A DNA stretch of 64,000 bases, from the NCBI GenBank assembly GCA_964601045.1, contig CAZRLF010000010.1, positions 30,295 through 94,294 of the forward strand, read 5' to 3'. The notes under the pieces were generated by a model, which saw nothing but the letters and a program-made list of their open reading frames with translations, made no database searches and was not told the origin of the DNA. This DNA comes from an uncultured Bacteriovoracaceae bacterium. Lineage in GTDB: Bacteria; Bdellovibrionota; UBA2394. The stretch's first letter is position 1, and the number at the start of each line of letters is the position of its first letter. Below are positions 46,173 to 54,367 of the stretch, one piece after another. The translations under genes were made by a program, and so were the position numbers.

Positions 46173-47662
46173 CGACTAGAACCAAAGACTGCAAAACTTG
46201 CAGCTAAATCATCGACTCGCGGCTTATTGGCCAAAATAAAATGAGCCAGGCCTTGAGCATCCGAACTTGTTAATTCACTTCTCTCAACCGCTGCATCCAA
46301 AAGAAACTCATAGTAGCGCTCGTGAGTTGAACTTTGAGTCATCTGCGAGCCAAGATGCTGAATCTCATCTGGAGTTTTATTTTGTTCGAGCCATTTTTCA
46401 ATCTGATCATGAAGAGATCTTCCTCTCTCTTCTTTGACATAGATTAAAAGCAGCTTAAGTCGATTATCGACATGTGTCAGAACAGTTTTAAACTTTGTTA
46501 AAAGCAGCTCAGAACTTCCTCCGTTTGAAATCTCCTGAAGGCAAAAGCTCGCCACCATATCGCGAGCTCTTAACGTTCTTTCAATATCGGACTGCAAATC
46601 TGCACCGGTTATAAAATAGCCTGTCTTAGTAAGTTCATCGACGGGATAAGTTTTATTCTTAACTCCCCTTTCAAGTTCTTGAAGCGCCACCTCTAAATTT
46701 TTCTCATGTCGCTTTCGATTATAAATAGCGAGTTCTTGATTTATTCTTCCCTTCCATGAGCCTGGCAAAAGCTGAACAAAGAGCCCGCCCAGCATTGAGC
46801 CCACTACCGGCGCAACTTTGAGCATCCAAGATTTTCCACCACCGTACTTTTGCACAAGCAATCCTGTTAAAACATGCCCTACATAGAGACCTACATTTGT
46901 AGCAATGAACTCAAAGGTCATGATGCGATGATTAAAAACAGAACTTAAAATTCTTTTCTGCATCACTGTATCATTAACCATGTAATAAAGAATATTGAGA
47001 GCGACCTGTTTTTTTCGAAGCCCAGGCGCTCTAACTAATCCACCGATAGTATTTACTTCAGGGATGTTTTTTGTCGCGTGCTTCCAAATCTGCGAAAAAT
47101 ATTCAAAGCCTGAGCTAATCGCGAAAGTATAGGTAAAGCCATTTAGAATGTTTCCAAATATCTTTACGCTCTCTTTTTCAAAAAAGGGTTTAATTGTATT
47201 CGGAAACCCTTGAATCCCTCGACTTAAGCCTGCCGCAATCACTGCGGTTGTCTGCTTATGCGTAAAGGAGGATGTGACCGACCCTATAAGACCAGCATAG
47301 AAGTCACTGGAGTTAAAAATATAGCCGAGAGATTCAAGATCAATCTTGCCGGTTTCCTTCCAGGTCATCGCCGCCATAGTGATTCCGGCGGCAATAATGG
47401 CGGCTAAAGGATTAGGTTGGTAAGGAAAAACGCCAGAGGTAATTATTGGATTAACCGGACCCGTCCCGACCACACCTTTTTCGATTTGATCTTGAGGAAT
47501 TGTGGCCTGAACTGAGGCCGTCAATGGTATCAAGCCCGATAGAGACGAATCACTTTCATGTCTTTCCTCGGGGGAGGATGCCTCTACCGAGCCTGCTACC
47601 ACAAGATTCGTTGATTCAACGACCAACGAAACTAAAACCAAAGATAGGACCCACCGCCCCAT
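46169..47662 (-). CDS. Hypothetical protein (~497 aa) with an N-terminal signal/TM helix and several internal hydrophobic segments. The start is trimmed to the second Met.
   Basis: GGGGGGA lies 7 nt before ATG (47660-47662), which begins MGRWVLSLVLVSLVVES.... No recognisable catalytic motif. The 3' end overlaps the mtgA stop by 4 nt (convergent). Confidence 0.45.
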   Translation of the reverse strand: MGRWVLSLVLVSLVVESTNLVVAGSVEASSPEERHESDSSLSGLIPLTASVQATIPQDQIEKGVVGTGPVNPIITSGVFPYQPNPLAAIIAAGITMAAMTWKETGKIDLESLGYIFNSSDFYAGLIGSVTSSFTHKQTTAVIAAGLSRGIQGFPNTIKPFFEKESVKIFGNILNGFTYTFAISSGFEYFSQIWKHATKNIPEVNTIGGLVRAPGLRKKQVALNILYYMVNDTVMQKRILSSVFNHRIMTFEFIATNVGLYVGHVLTGLLVQKYGGGKSWMLKVAPVVGSMLGGLFVQLLPGSWKGRINQELAIYNRKRHEKNLEVALQELERGVKNKTYPVDELTKTGYFITGADLQSDIERTLRARDMVASFCLQEISNGGSSELLLTKFKTVLTHVDNRLKLLLIYVKEERGRSLHDQIEKWLEQNKTPDEIQHLGSQMTQSSTHERYYEFLLDAAVERSELTSSDAQGLAHFILANKPRVDDLAASFAVFGSSR

Positions 47663-47733
47663 TTTCAATCCCCCCAATGACACAATGCAGTTTAAAGTTG
47701 CGTTAAAATGAGGGTCAATGATTTTATAGTCAC

Positions 47734-48267
47734 ATGACTAAAAAAAGTTTTCTCGTCGCATTATTGAGTGTTTTATTCTCATTACCTTATTCATCTGAAG
47801 CAAAAGAGAAACGCACAGACGGACCCCCAGGCTCCGAATATGGCGATTTTAAGAACTGGGATGGTGATATGAGTGTCGGTGCACACTTCGGCGCCCTGCT
47901 CACCAATCGCTCTGATGATGATAGCAATTTTGCTTTAGGTCTAGATGGTGATTACCGCCCCTACGATGTCTTTGGACTCCGAACGACATTGATGCTTGGG
48001 GTTTCTGAACCCCGATCGAGCTTCATCGAGTTTACTCCGATCATTCACGGTCAATTTTCAAATATCAAACCTTATGCCCTCTTTGGTCCAGGCTTAGGAA
48101 TTTTAAATGAAGGTGGCACAGAAGTTAAATTCATCGTTGCTGGTGGAACAGGAGCTGATATTGAGCTCACGAATCATTGGCAAATGGGGATGCTCTGGGT
48201 CTATCACTCTATTTTTGATTTCGCCGACCAACATTCATTAACGGCACGATTTTCTTATAAGTTCTAA
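47734..48267 (+). CDS. Small outer-membrane beta-barrel protein (OmpW/PagL-like size class).
   Basis: Signal peptide, alternating hydrophobic beta-strand pattern, and a C-terminal aromatic residue (...ARFSYKF). Confidence 0.5.
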   Translation: MTKKSFLVALLSVLFSLPYSSEAKEKRTDGPPGSEYGDFKNWDGDMSVGAHFGALLTNRSDDDSNFALGLDGDYRPYDVFGLRTTLMLGVSEPRSSFIEFTPIIHGQFSNIKPYALFGPGLGILNEGGTEVKFIVAGGTGADIELTNHWQMGMLWVYHSIFDFADQHSLTARFSYKF

Positions 48268-48276
48268 AATAAATTG

Positions 48277-48321
48277 AACCGATGAGAAGTTCTTTGCGAA
48301 GAAATTCTCATCGGTTTTTAA
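48277..48321. terminator. Bidirectional intrinsic terminator between convergent genes.
   Basis: 12-bp stem AACCGATGAGAA...TTCTCATCGGTT, with a nested TTCTT/AAGAA stem inside the loop. TTTTTAAT follows on the plus strand, and AAAATAAATT precedes it (a T-run on the minus strand). Confidence 0.7.
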
Positions 48322-49610
48322 TCAAATTTGCGACGCTGAAGAATAGTCGTCTGCTTTGGCTTCACATCGATTTGAGTCGTCTCACTCTCAACCGTATTAC
48401 CGTAAGTATCTTGGTAGCTTATTTTTAAACTGTATTTACCTGGAGCCACAAAAAGTTTGGCCATCTGAAGTTCAGCTGGAAGCAAAAGCCAACTTCGAGT
48501 ATCGGCTTCGGATGCCAGCACAAGAGCAATACCAGTCAACAACCCAAGCTCTTTACTATTCGCGGCGATTCCTACTCCAGTTGCAATTCCTGCCTTTACA
48601 CTTGCCGTAAGTAGAGCTTTTGCGATCGCCCGTCCCATTCGATCTTTAAGCTGAATGATAGCTGTGTCTTCAATACTATTGAGTGCTGCCGATTTGGCGG
48701 ACTGCCCTGCCACCTCAATAAGCGCTGAAGTGATCCGATAAGGTCTCTTTTTGTAATACGCGACCGGTAAAACAACCTCGCCTAAAGTAGGCTCCCCTGT
48801 GCGACGTGATCTTGTACGATGAGTTTCACGAGAAGAAACTTTTTTGGGACTTTTGCCGGTTTCAAAAACAAGTAAAATCGAACCTTTTTTTTCCTTAAGC
48901 GATGCAAGAGCTTTCTCAAATTCGTCTCTGCCATACTCTTTTTTAAATTCATCAAGCTCTTGATCCATTCCATTGAGCTTGGCCATACGAATAAGATCTT
49001 GCTTGATAACCGGAAAATACGAAGCAATTTTGGGGTCAATCTTTAGAGTATTACGATAGGCCACTAAAGCATCGTTTTCGTTCTTATCATTTTCAAATAA
49101 GACCCCCCCTAAGTAGCGAGCAAACGCATTAAGTTCATAGGGCCGCTTTGCCTCAGAGATCATCTTAAAAAGAATTTCATTTACTTTGCGCGTCTCAACT
49201 AAAGCTTCATCAAATTGGTTAAGACTTAAAAAATTTAAACCAAGATAAAGATGGACGAGAACCTTCTCAAAATCTTCACCCTGATATGTGGTCTGTTTTT
49301 CGTTTGTAAGCAAGGTGGTAGCCTGCTCGCCCAAAGATAAGTAGCCATTCATTTCTATCATTTTTGCGGCTTCAAAAAACTTACGATTACTTTCATCGAA
49401 TCTGCCGGCTACACGAAATAGAATGCCTTCATCCATCAAACGTAGAAGTTTCTCTTTGGCGTCCGTGACATTCTTTTCGTAGGATTTTAGAGCATCGTCG
49501 ATCTGACCTGATCGCATCAGATCCCAACTTTTAATTGCAGTATTTTCGTAATGAGTCGCGCAGGCCGAGAAAGATAAAAATAGAAGTGCAGTTAAACTAT
49601 TGAGTCGCAA
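48318..49610 (-). CDS. TPR-like lipoprotein, 430 aa, function unknown.
   Basis: Lipobox LSFSAC-A. Helical-repeat composition. It lies directly upstream (same strand) of the LpoB-like gene, with a 28-nt gap. Confidence 0.45.
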   Translation of the reverse strand: MRLNSLTALLFLSFSACATHYENTAIKSWDLMRSGQIDDALKSYEKNVTDAKEKLLRLMDEGILFRVAGRFDESNRKFFEAAKMIEMNGYLSLGEQATTLLTNEKQTTYQGEDFEKVLVHLYLGLNFLSLNQFDEALVETRKVNEILFKMISEAKRPYELNAFARYLGGVLFENDKNENDALVAYRNTLKIDPKIASYFPVIKQDLIRMAKLNGMDQELDEFKKEYGRDEFEKALASLKEKKGSILLVFETGKSPKKVSSRETHRTRSRRTGEPTLGEVVLPVAYYKKRPYRITSALIEVAGQSAKSAALNSIEDTAIIQLKDRMGRAIAKALLTASVKAGIATGVGIAANSKELGLLTGIALVLASEADTRSWLLLPAELQMAKLFVAPGKYSLKISYQDTYGNTVESETTQIDVKPKQTTILQRRKFD

Positions 49611-49638
49611 ATCATTCGCCTCAACGTTGGCTTAAGAA

Positions 49639-50241
49639 TTAAAGACCAACGTTTCTCTTTCTGTATCTTTTTCGCACTTCTTTCTCGTCCGACCATTCAA
49701 TAATATTAGTGGAAAGATTGTTGAGATTAAGTGTGACCTTATAATAAACAACCTTATCGTTACCGACCTCTTGCACATTGGCGGCAATATCGCCGGTGAT
49801 CAGATACTCAACTCCAATTTGCTTGCCAGCACCTGTCGCCGTTTTCTTATCGACGAACTTTCCACCTTGATATTCGTATTCTTCGGCAATCTCATCGCGC
49901 GCTTCTTTATCGGAGAATCTAAATTTACCCGACTTAATGAGAGCGGTCCGAATTTTATCGGTAAGCGCCTTCACGTCAATATGCTCGCTTGTTCTATTTC
50001 GAACTTTACCGACCATCACAACAGGCGGTTGAGCCGCTTTTTGAATTCGGTCTGTCTTTGAAAGAGAATCAACCAATTGATTTGAGATCAACTGCATATC
50101 ATTCTCGTTAAACTTATCGTCTAAAAGAATGACTTTATTTGGATCATCGTATTCGCCCTTTGTAAAAGCCTTAGGGCCACAACCAAGAAGTACTGTAGAA
50201 CTCACTAAAACTAAACTCAGAAACAAGCTCGAATTTCGCAT
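49639..50241 (-). CDS. LpoB-like lipoprotein (penicillin-binding-protein activator family, COG3417).
   Basis: Lipobox VLLGC-G. The segment VMVGKVRNRTSEHIDVKALTDKIRTALIKSGKFRF resembles E. coli LpoB LLVDSVNNRTNGSLNAGEATETLRNALANNGKFTL. Confidence 0.55.
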   Translation of the reverse strand: MRNSSLFLSLVLVSSTVLLGCGPKAFTKGEYDDPNKVILLDDKFNENDMQLISNQLVDSLSKTDRIQKAAQPPVVMVGKVRNRTSEHIDVKALTDKIRTALIKSGKFRFSDKEARDEIAEEYEYQGGKFVDKKTATGAGKQIGVEYLITGDIAANVQEVGNDKVVYYKVTLNLNNLSTNIIEWSDEKEVRKRYRKRNVGL

Positions 50242-50308
50242 AGGCTTTAAGGTAACCTAAAAAAAGGTCAGAAAAAAAGAGAAAAGGATGCCGAACACAG
50301 TTTCGAAA

Positions 50309-50731
50309 ATGCGAATTCTAGCCCTTGACGTTGGATCTAAGGTTATTGGCCTCGCAGTCTGGGGGGTTGAAAACCAATGGTCTAAGCCTATCGATGCGCG
50401 AAGACGAAAGATTCTTAAAGAGGATATGGTCTTTTTTCGCAAACTGATCTCGGATCTAAAAATCGAAGGATTTTTAGTCGGACTGCCTTATAGCTTAAGC
50501 GGAAATACAACACAGAGCACCGAAAATGCCCTTTTTTGGGTGGAGCAACTAAAAAAAGAATTTGAACTGCCTGTTTTTACTTATGACGAAAGCCTTTCGA
50601 CGAAAGAAGCATTAGAATTATTGAAGGACCGCTCTAAGAAGGAGCGCAAAGAAAAGAAAGACAGCATTGCCGCCGGACTTTTTCTTGAAGAGTTTATGAG
50701 AGACCGGGGTGATCAAATTTTTGAGGGGTAA
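50309..50731 (+). CDS. ruvX: Holliday-junction resolvase-like RNase RuvX/YqgF.
   Basis: MRILALDVGSKVIGLAV... is the YqgF N-terminal motif. The start was chosen at the second Met. The upstream ATG at 50288 has AAGGA immediately adjacent and is less likely. Confidence 0.8.
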   Translation: MRILALDVGSKVIGLAVWGVENQWSKPIDARRRKILKEDMVFFRKLISDLKIEGFLVGLPYSLSGNTTQSTENALFWVEQLKKEFELPVFTYDESLSTKEALELLKDRSKKERKEKKDSIAAGLFLEEFMRDRGDQIFEG

Positions 50732-51724
50732 ATGACTTTCAAAACTCACGCCTATCTCTTTGGAACATTCATTGGAATTGTTCTTTTAGGTTATATCGTT
50801 CTGTCGCAGCTTGTTAAAGCTCCAGCATCCGACTCAAGAAGGTTCTTAAGTTTTTCTGTAGACTCGGGCGAAAGCTTTAAATCAGTTTCGCTACGACTTA
50901 AGAGTGAGGGCTTGATTCGCTCAGAACCCGTTTTCTACTACCTCGGCCGAGTCAGTGGCAAATCAGCTCTTCTTAAAGCCGGCGAATACGAGCTCAATAC
51001 CGAAATGTCGGCATGGGAAATTCTCAACGTCATCGTCGGATCTCACGTAAAGCTCTATCGAATCACCCTTAAAGAAGGCATCAATATGTTTCAGGTGGCG
51101 CAAGCACTTGATGATTTGGGGTTGGTCGATCGAATTCAGTTTCTTGAGACCTGCTGGGACTCACAGTTTTTAGAAGAATTGCATATTCCTTCACCAACCG
51201 TTGAAGGATATTTACTTCCCGAAACCTATTTTATTCCCCGTGGGAGCTCTCCACGAGCGATCATTCGCACATTTGTCGATATGTTTTGGACAAAAATTCC
51301 CCAGAGTTATCTTGATGAGGCTCGCAATGGAAATCTCAGTTTTCATGAGCTCGTAACAATGGCCTCCGTTATTGAAAAAGAAACAGGCTTGGTTGGCGAA
51401 ATGTCCCTCATTAGTAGCGCATTCCATAACCGTATCGCACAAAGAATGAAGCTTCAAAGCGACCCTACATCGGTCTACGACATTTTGCCCTTTGGCGGAA
51501 AAGTCACCCGCGAGCATCTTTTTCGAAAGACCCCTTTTAATACTTATCAAATTCAAGGGCTGCCAATTACACCCATTTCAAATCCCGGAGTACTCGCGAT
51601 TTATGCGGCTCTGCACCCTCAAAAAACAGATTATATTTACTTTGTTTCTCGTCGAGATGGATCACATCACTTTAGTGCCACATACGAAGAACATCGTGAG
51701 GCCATCGATCGCTACCTTAAATAA
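50732..51724 (+). CDS. mltG: Endolytic murein transglycosylase MltG (YceG family).
   Basis: N-terminal TM helix plus a YceG-like domain (...LPETYFIPRGSSPRAII..., ...IEKETG...). Adjacent to ruvX with no gap; this adjacency is conserved. Confidence 0.85.
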   Translation: MTFKTHAYLFGTFIGIVLLGYIVLSQLVKAPASDSRRFLSFSVDSGESFKSVSLRLKSEGLIRSEPVFYYLGRVSGKSALLKAGEYELNTEMSAWEILNVIVGSHVKLYRITLKEGINMFQVAQALDDLGLVDRIQFLETCWDSQFLEELHIPSPTVEGYLLPETYFIPRGSSPRAIIRTFVDMFWTKIPQSYLDEARNGNLSFHELVTMASVIEKETGLVGEMSLISSAFHNRIAQRMKLQSDPTSVYDILPFGGKVTREHLFRKTPFNTYQIQGLPITPISNPGVLAIYAALHPQKTDYIYFVSRRDGSHHFSATYEEHREAIDRYLK

Positions 51725-51860
51725 TTGTATGGCTCCGAAGCTTACAAAATTGTAAGAATAGCCTGTCGATTAGCGCATTTGGTCAAATTTTTATTTTCAA
51801 AACACATGAGTCTTTTTATTATCCTTCGAGTAACTAATTTAATTAAAAAGGAAAATAAAT

Positions 51861-52052
51861 ATGAAACTTTTTGGAATGATTTTAACTTCTGCTCTCTTGG
51901 CCTCAACTGTTGTTATGGCAAATGAAAAAGCTGATGGTACTTCAACTACCACAGAAACCACAGCCACCACAACAACACCTGATTCAGCTAAGAAAGTTGA
52001 AAAAAAGGAAGAGCATAAGAAAACTGAAAAGAAAGAAGAACACAAAAAATAA
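51861..52052 (+). CDS. Small secreted low-complexity protein (63 aa).
   Basis: AAAAGGAAAATAAAT RBS. Signal peptide MKLFGMILTSALLASTVVMA. Thr-rich segment, then KKVEKKEEHKKTEKKEEHKK. A strong terminator follows. Confidence 0.45.
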   Translation: MKLFGMILTSALLASTVVMANEKADGTSTTTETTATTTTPDSAKKVEKKEEHKKTEKKEEHKK

Positions 52053-52075
52053 TCTTTCTTTCAGATTTTTTTATC

Positions 52076-52113
52076 TTAAAAAGGCCGATGGAAAACCAAT
52101 CGGCCTTTTTATT
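52076..52113. terminator. Bidirectional intrinsic terminator.
   Basis: AAAAA-GGCCGATGG-aaaa-CCaATCGGCC-TTTTTATTT. Confidence 0.8.
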
Positions 52114-53231
52114 TATCGAGAGATTGCTGAGCCCCCACCTTCTAAATTAGCTTTGATTCGCTCTTGAATAAGCTTAGCGGTGCGTTCTAGAACTCTAAAT
52201 TTTCCGCGACCATCCACAATTTTTTGGGCGGCTAAACCTCGGTTCTCAATTTCTTGATCTTGCTCCATCCACTGCAAAACTTTTTCAAGTATGCGCTCAG
52301 GTGTGAGCATTTCAGCTGGGCCAAGATATTCAGCAATTCCGTTTTGCTCCCAAGCTTTTGCAATTGGAACTTGATGAGGCACGAGCGAAGTTGTGAGCAT
52401 TGGAATTCCTAAGAAGGCTAATTCATAGGTCGTGCTTCCCCCACCGCAAAGGGCAATATCGGCTCTGGCAAGAAGCTGAGGAAAAAATGAAGGATCCTCG
52501 TAAAGATGAATTCGAGGATGATTGCCAATAAGACGTTTGGCTTTCTCAACATGGGGCCATTGAGTTCCAACCACTACATGCAGCTCAAATTTAATACTGC
52601 TCATTTTGGCGGCTTCAATCGCTTTAAGTGAATGCCCCCACCGATCTCCTCCCCCCAATGTGACGAGAAACTGAAATCCTTCTGCCATTCTTTCAGTGGG
52701 AGATTGTCTCAAAGTAAAAATCTCGTCTCGAATCATCGTATATTTGGGACCCAGTAATTGCTGAGCATTCGGTGAAGCAGAATGAATCAATTTGTCGGCA
52801 TCAAGATTCTGGTCTATCAAAAAATCACAGTCATAATGACGTTTGAGACCATCATCAAAACAAATGAGCGCAACTCGCGGATCTCTCTTAAGCTCTGTAA
52901 AACATTCGCTCGTCCAATCGTAATGATCGATGACGACGATAACATTCTTTCGAGTCATCAAATCAAAGAGCGAATGAAGATAGGCTAAATCCTGCTCGAG
53001 AGTTGCATTGACATCGAGAATTTGAACAGAGGCATGAATGTCTCTGAGTTTCTTCTCAAGATTTTTAGGTAGAGGTCGGCATAAAAAATGAACTTTATAA
53101 CGACCACTCTGTTGGGCGATTTCTGCCAAAGCATAACATCTTTTAAAATGACCCCACCCTAATTCATTTGACGCATCACATCTGAAAATAATTGGAACTG
53201 TTTGCACTATAAAAAAGAGCTTACCAAGCAA
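52113..53231 (-). CDS. pseG: PseG-like UDP-sugar hydrolase (pseudaminic acid pathway; GT28/MurG-like fold).
   Basis: N-terminus IIFRCDASNELGWGHFKRCYALAEI matches the PseG/SpsG signature (xFRxDxSxxIGxGHxxR). No GNAT fusion. Confidence 0.65.
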   Translation of the reverse strand: MLGKLFFIVQTVPIIFRCDASNELGWGHFKRCYALAEIAQQSGRYKVHFLCRPLPKNLEKKLRDIHASVQILDVNATLEQDLAYLHSLFDLMTRKNVIVVIDHYDWTSECFTELKRDPRVALICFDDGLKRHYDCDFLIDQNLDADKLIHSASPNAQQLLGPKYTMIRDEIFTLRQSPTERMAEGFQFLVTLGGGDRWGHSLKAIEAAKMSSIKFELHVVVGTQWPHVEKAKRLIGNHPRIHLYEDPSFFPQLLARADIALCGGGSTTYELAFLGIPMLTTSLVPHQVPIAKAWEQNGIAEYLGPAEMLTPERILEKVLQWMEQDQEIENRGLAAQKIVDGRGKFRVLERTAKLIQERIKANLEGGGSAISR

Positions 53232-53376
53232 GAGCCGATGACTCCTAATGTCATTTGCAATTTATCAATCATTCAAAGCGTCATTTTGCTTTATGCTGCG
53301 CTCTTAAAAATTTTTTGACGATAGATCCTCGCTTTTCTGCGATGTCCCTCTGCGAAGTTCAGATAAACTATAGTCT

Positions 53377-54354
53377 ATGGCGTTCACGGATTGGAGCTCC
53401 AAGAAAATACTTATTACTGGTGGAACTGGTTCATTTGGCAGAGCATTTTTAAAGTATGCCATTGAGGTTTTAAAACCGAATGTGATTCGAGTTTTTAGCC
53501 GAGACGAACTCAAACAGCACGAACTTAGAAAACAGTTCGATCATCCAAGCATTCGATATTTTATCGGAGACATCAGAGATCGCGAAAGAGTCGGACGAGC
53601 ACTTCGTGGTGTTGATATTGTTGTTCACGCTGCGGCAATGAAGAGAGTTGAAGCTTGCGAATATAATCCCTTCGAAGCCGTGCAGACAAATATTATTGGC
53701 ACTCAAAATGTTATCGATATGTCGATCGACTGCAGTGTCGAAAAAGTTATCGCTATATCGAGTGATAAAGCGGTCAATCCTGTCAACCTTTATGGTGCTA
53801 CTAAACTTTGCCAAGAGCGTATCGTCACTCAAAGTAATGCTTATGTTGGTCCTAAGAAGACTCGTCTTGCATGCGTAAGATACGGAAATGTTGTGGGTTC
53901 AAGAGGATCTGTTGTTCCTCTCTTTCGTGAGCAAGCAAAGACTGGCCAAGTCACAATCACGGACGATCGAATGACCAGATTCTGGATTACACTTGATCAA
54001 GCTGTTCGATTTGTTCACACATCAACCGAGATGATGCAGGGGGGAGAAATTTTTGTCCCCAAGCTGCCGAGCATGAAGATTACTGATCTTGCAAAACTTT
54101 TGGCCCCAAACTGCAAAATGAAAGTTATCGGAATTCAACCTGGCGAAAAACTCCATGAAGTCATGATTACCGAAGATGAAGCTCGCCATACTATTGAACT
54201 CGATGATCGCTTTGTTGTTGAACCAGAGTTTTCGTTTTTTCCTCGAGGACATCATAAAGGAACAGCTCTACCCGACGGCTTTAGATATGCATCAGGAACC
54301 AATACTGATTGGCTTAATGAAGATCGATTACAGTCGATGCTTCCTGCAAACTAA
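53377..54354 (+). CDS. pseB: UDP-N-acetylglucosamine 4,6-dehydratase (inverting), PseB/FlaA1.
   Basis: KKILITGGTGSFGRAF (Rossmann), ...YGATK... (the catalytic YxxxK), 325 aa. Confidence 0.9.
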   Translation: MAFTDWSSKKILITGGTGSFGRAFLKYAIEVLKPNVIRVFSRDELKQHELRKQFDHPSIRYFIGDIRDRERVGRALRGVDIVVHAAAMKRVEACEYNPFEAVQTNIIGTQNVIDMSIDCSVEKVIAISSDKAVNPVNLYGATKLCQERIVTQSNAYVGPKKTRLACVRYGNVVGSRGSVVPLFREQAKTGQVTITDDRMTRFWITLDQAVRFVHTSTEMMQGGEIFVPKLPSMKITDLAKLLAPNCKMKVIGIQPGEKLHEVMITEDEARHTIELDDRFVVEPEFSFFPRGHHKGTALPDGFRYASGTNTDWLNEDRLQSMLPAN

Positions 54355-54367
54355 AAGGTGGTGACGA

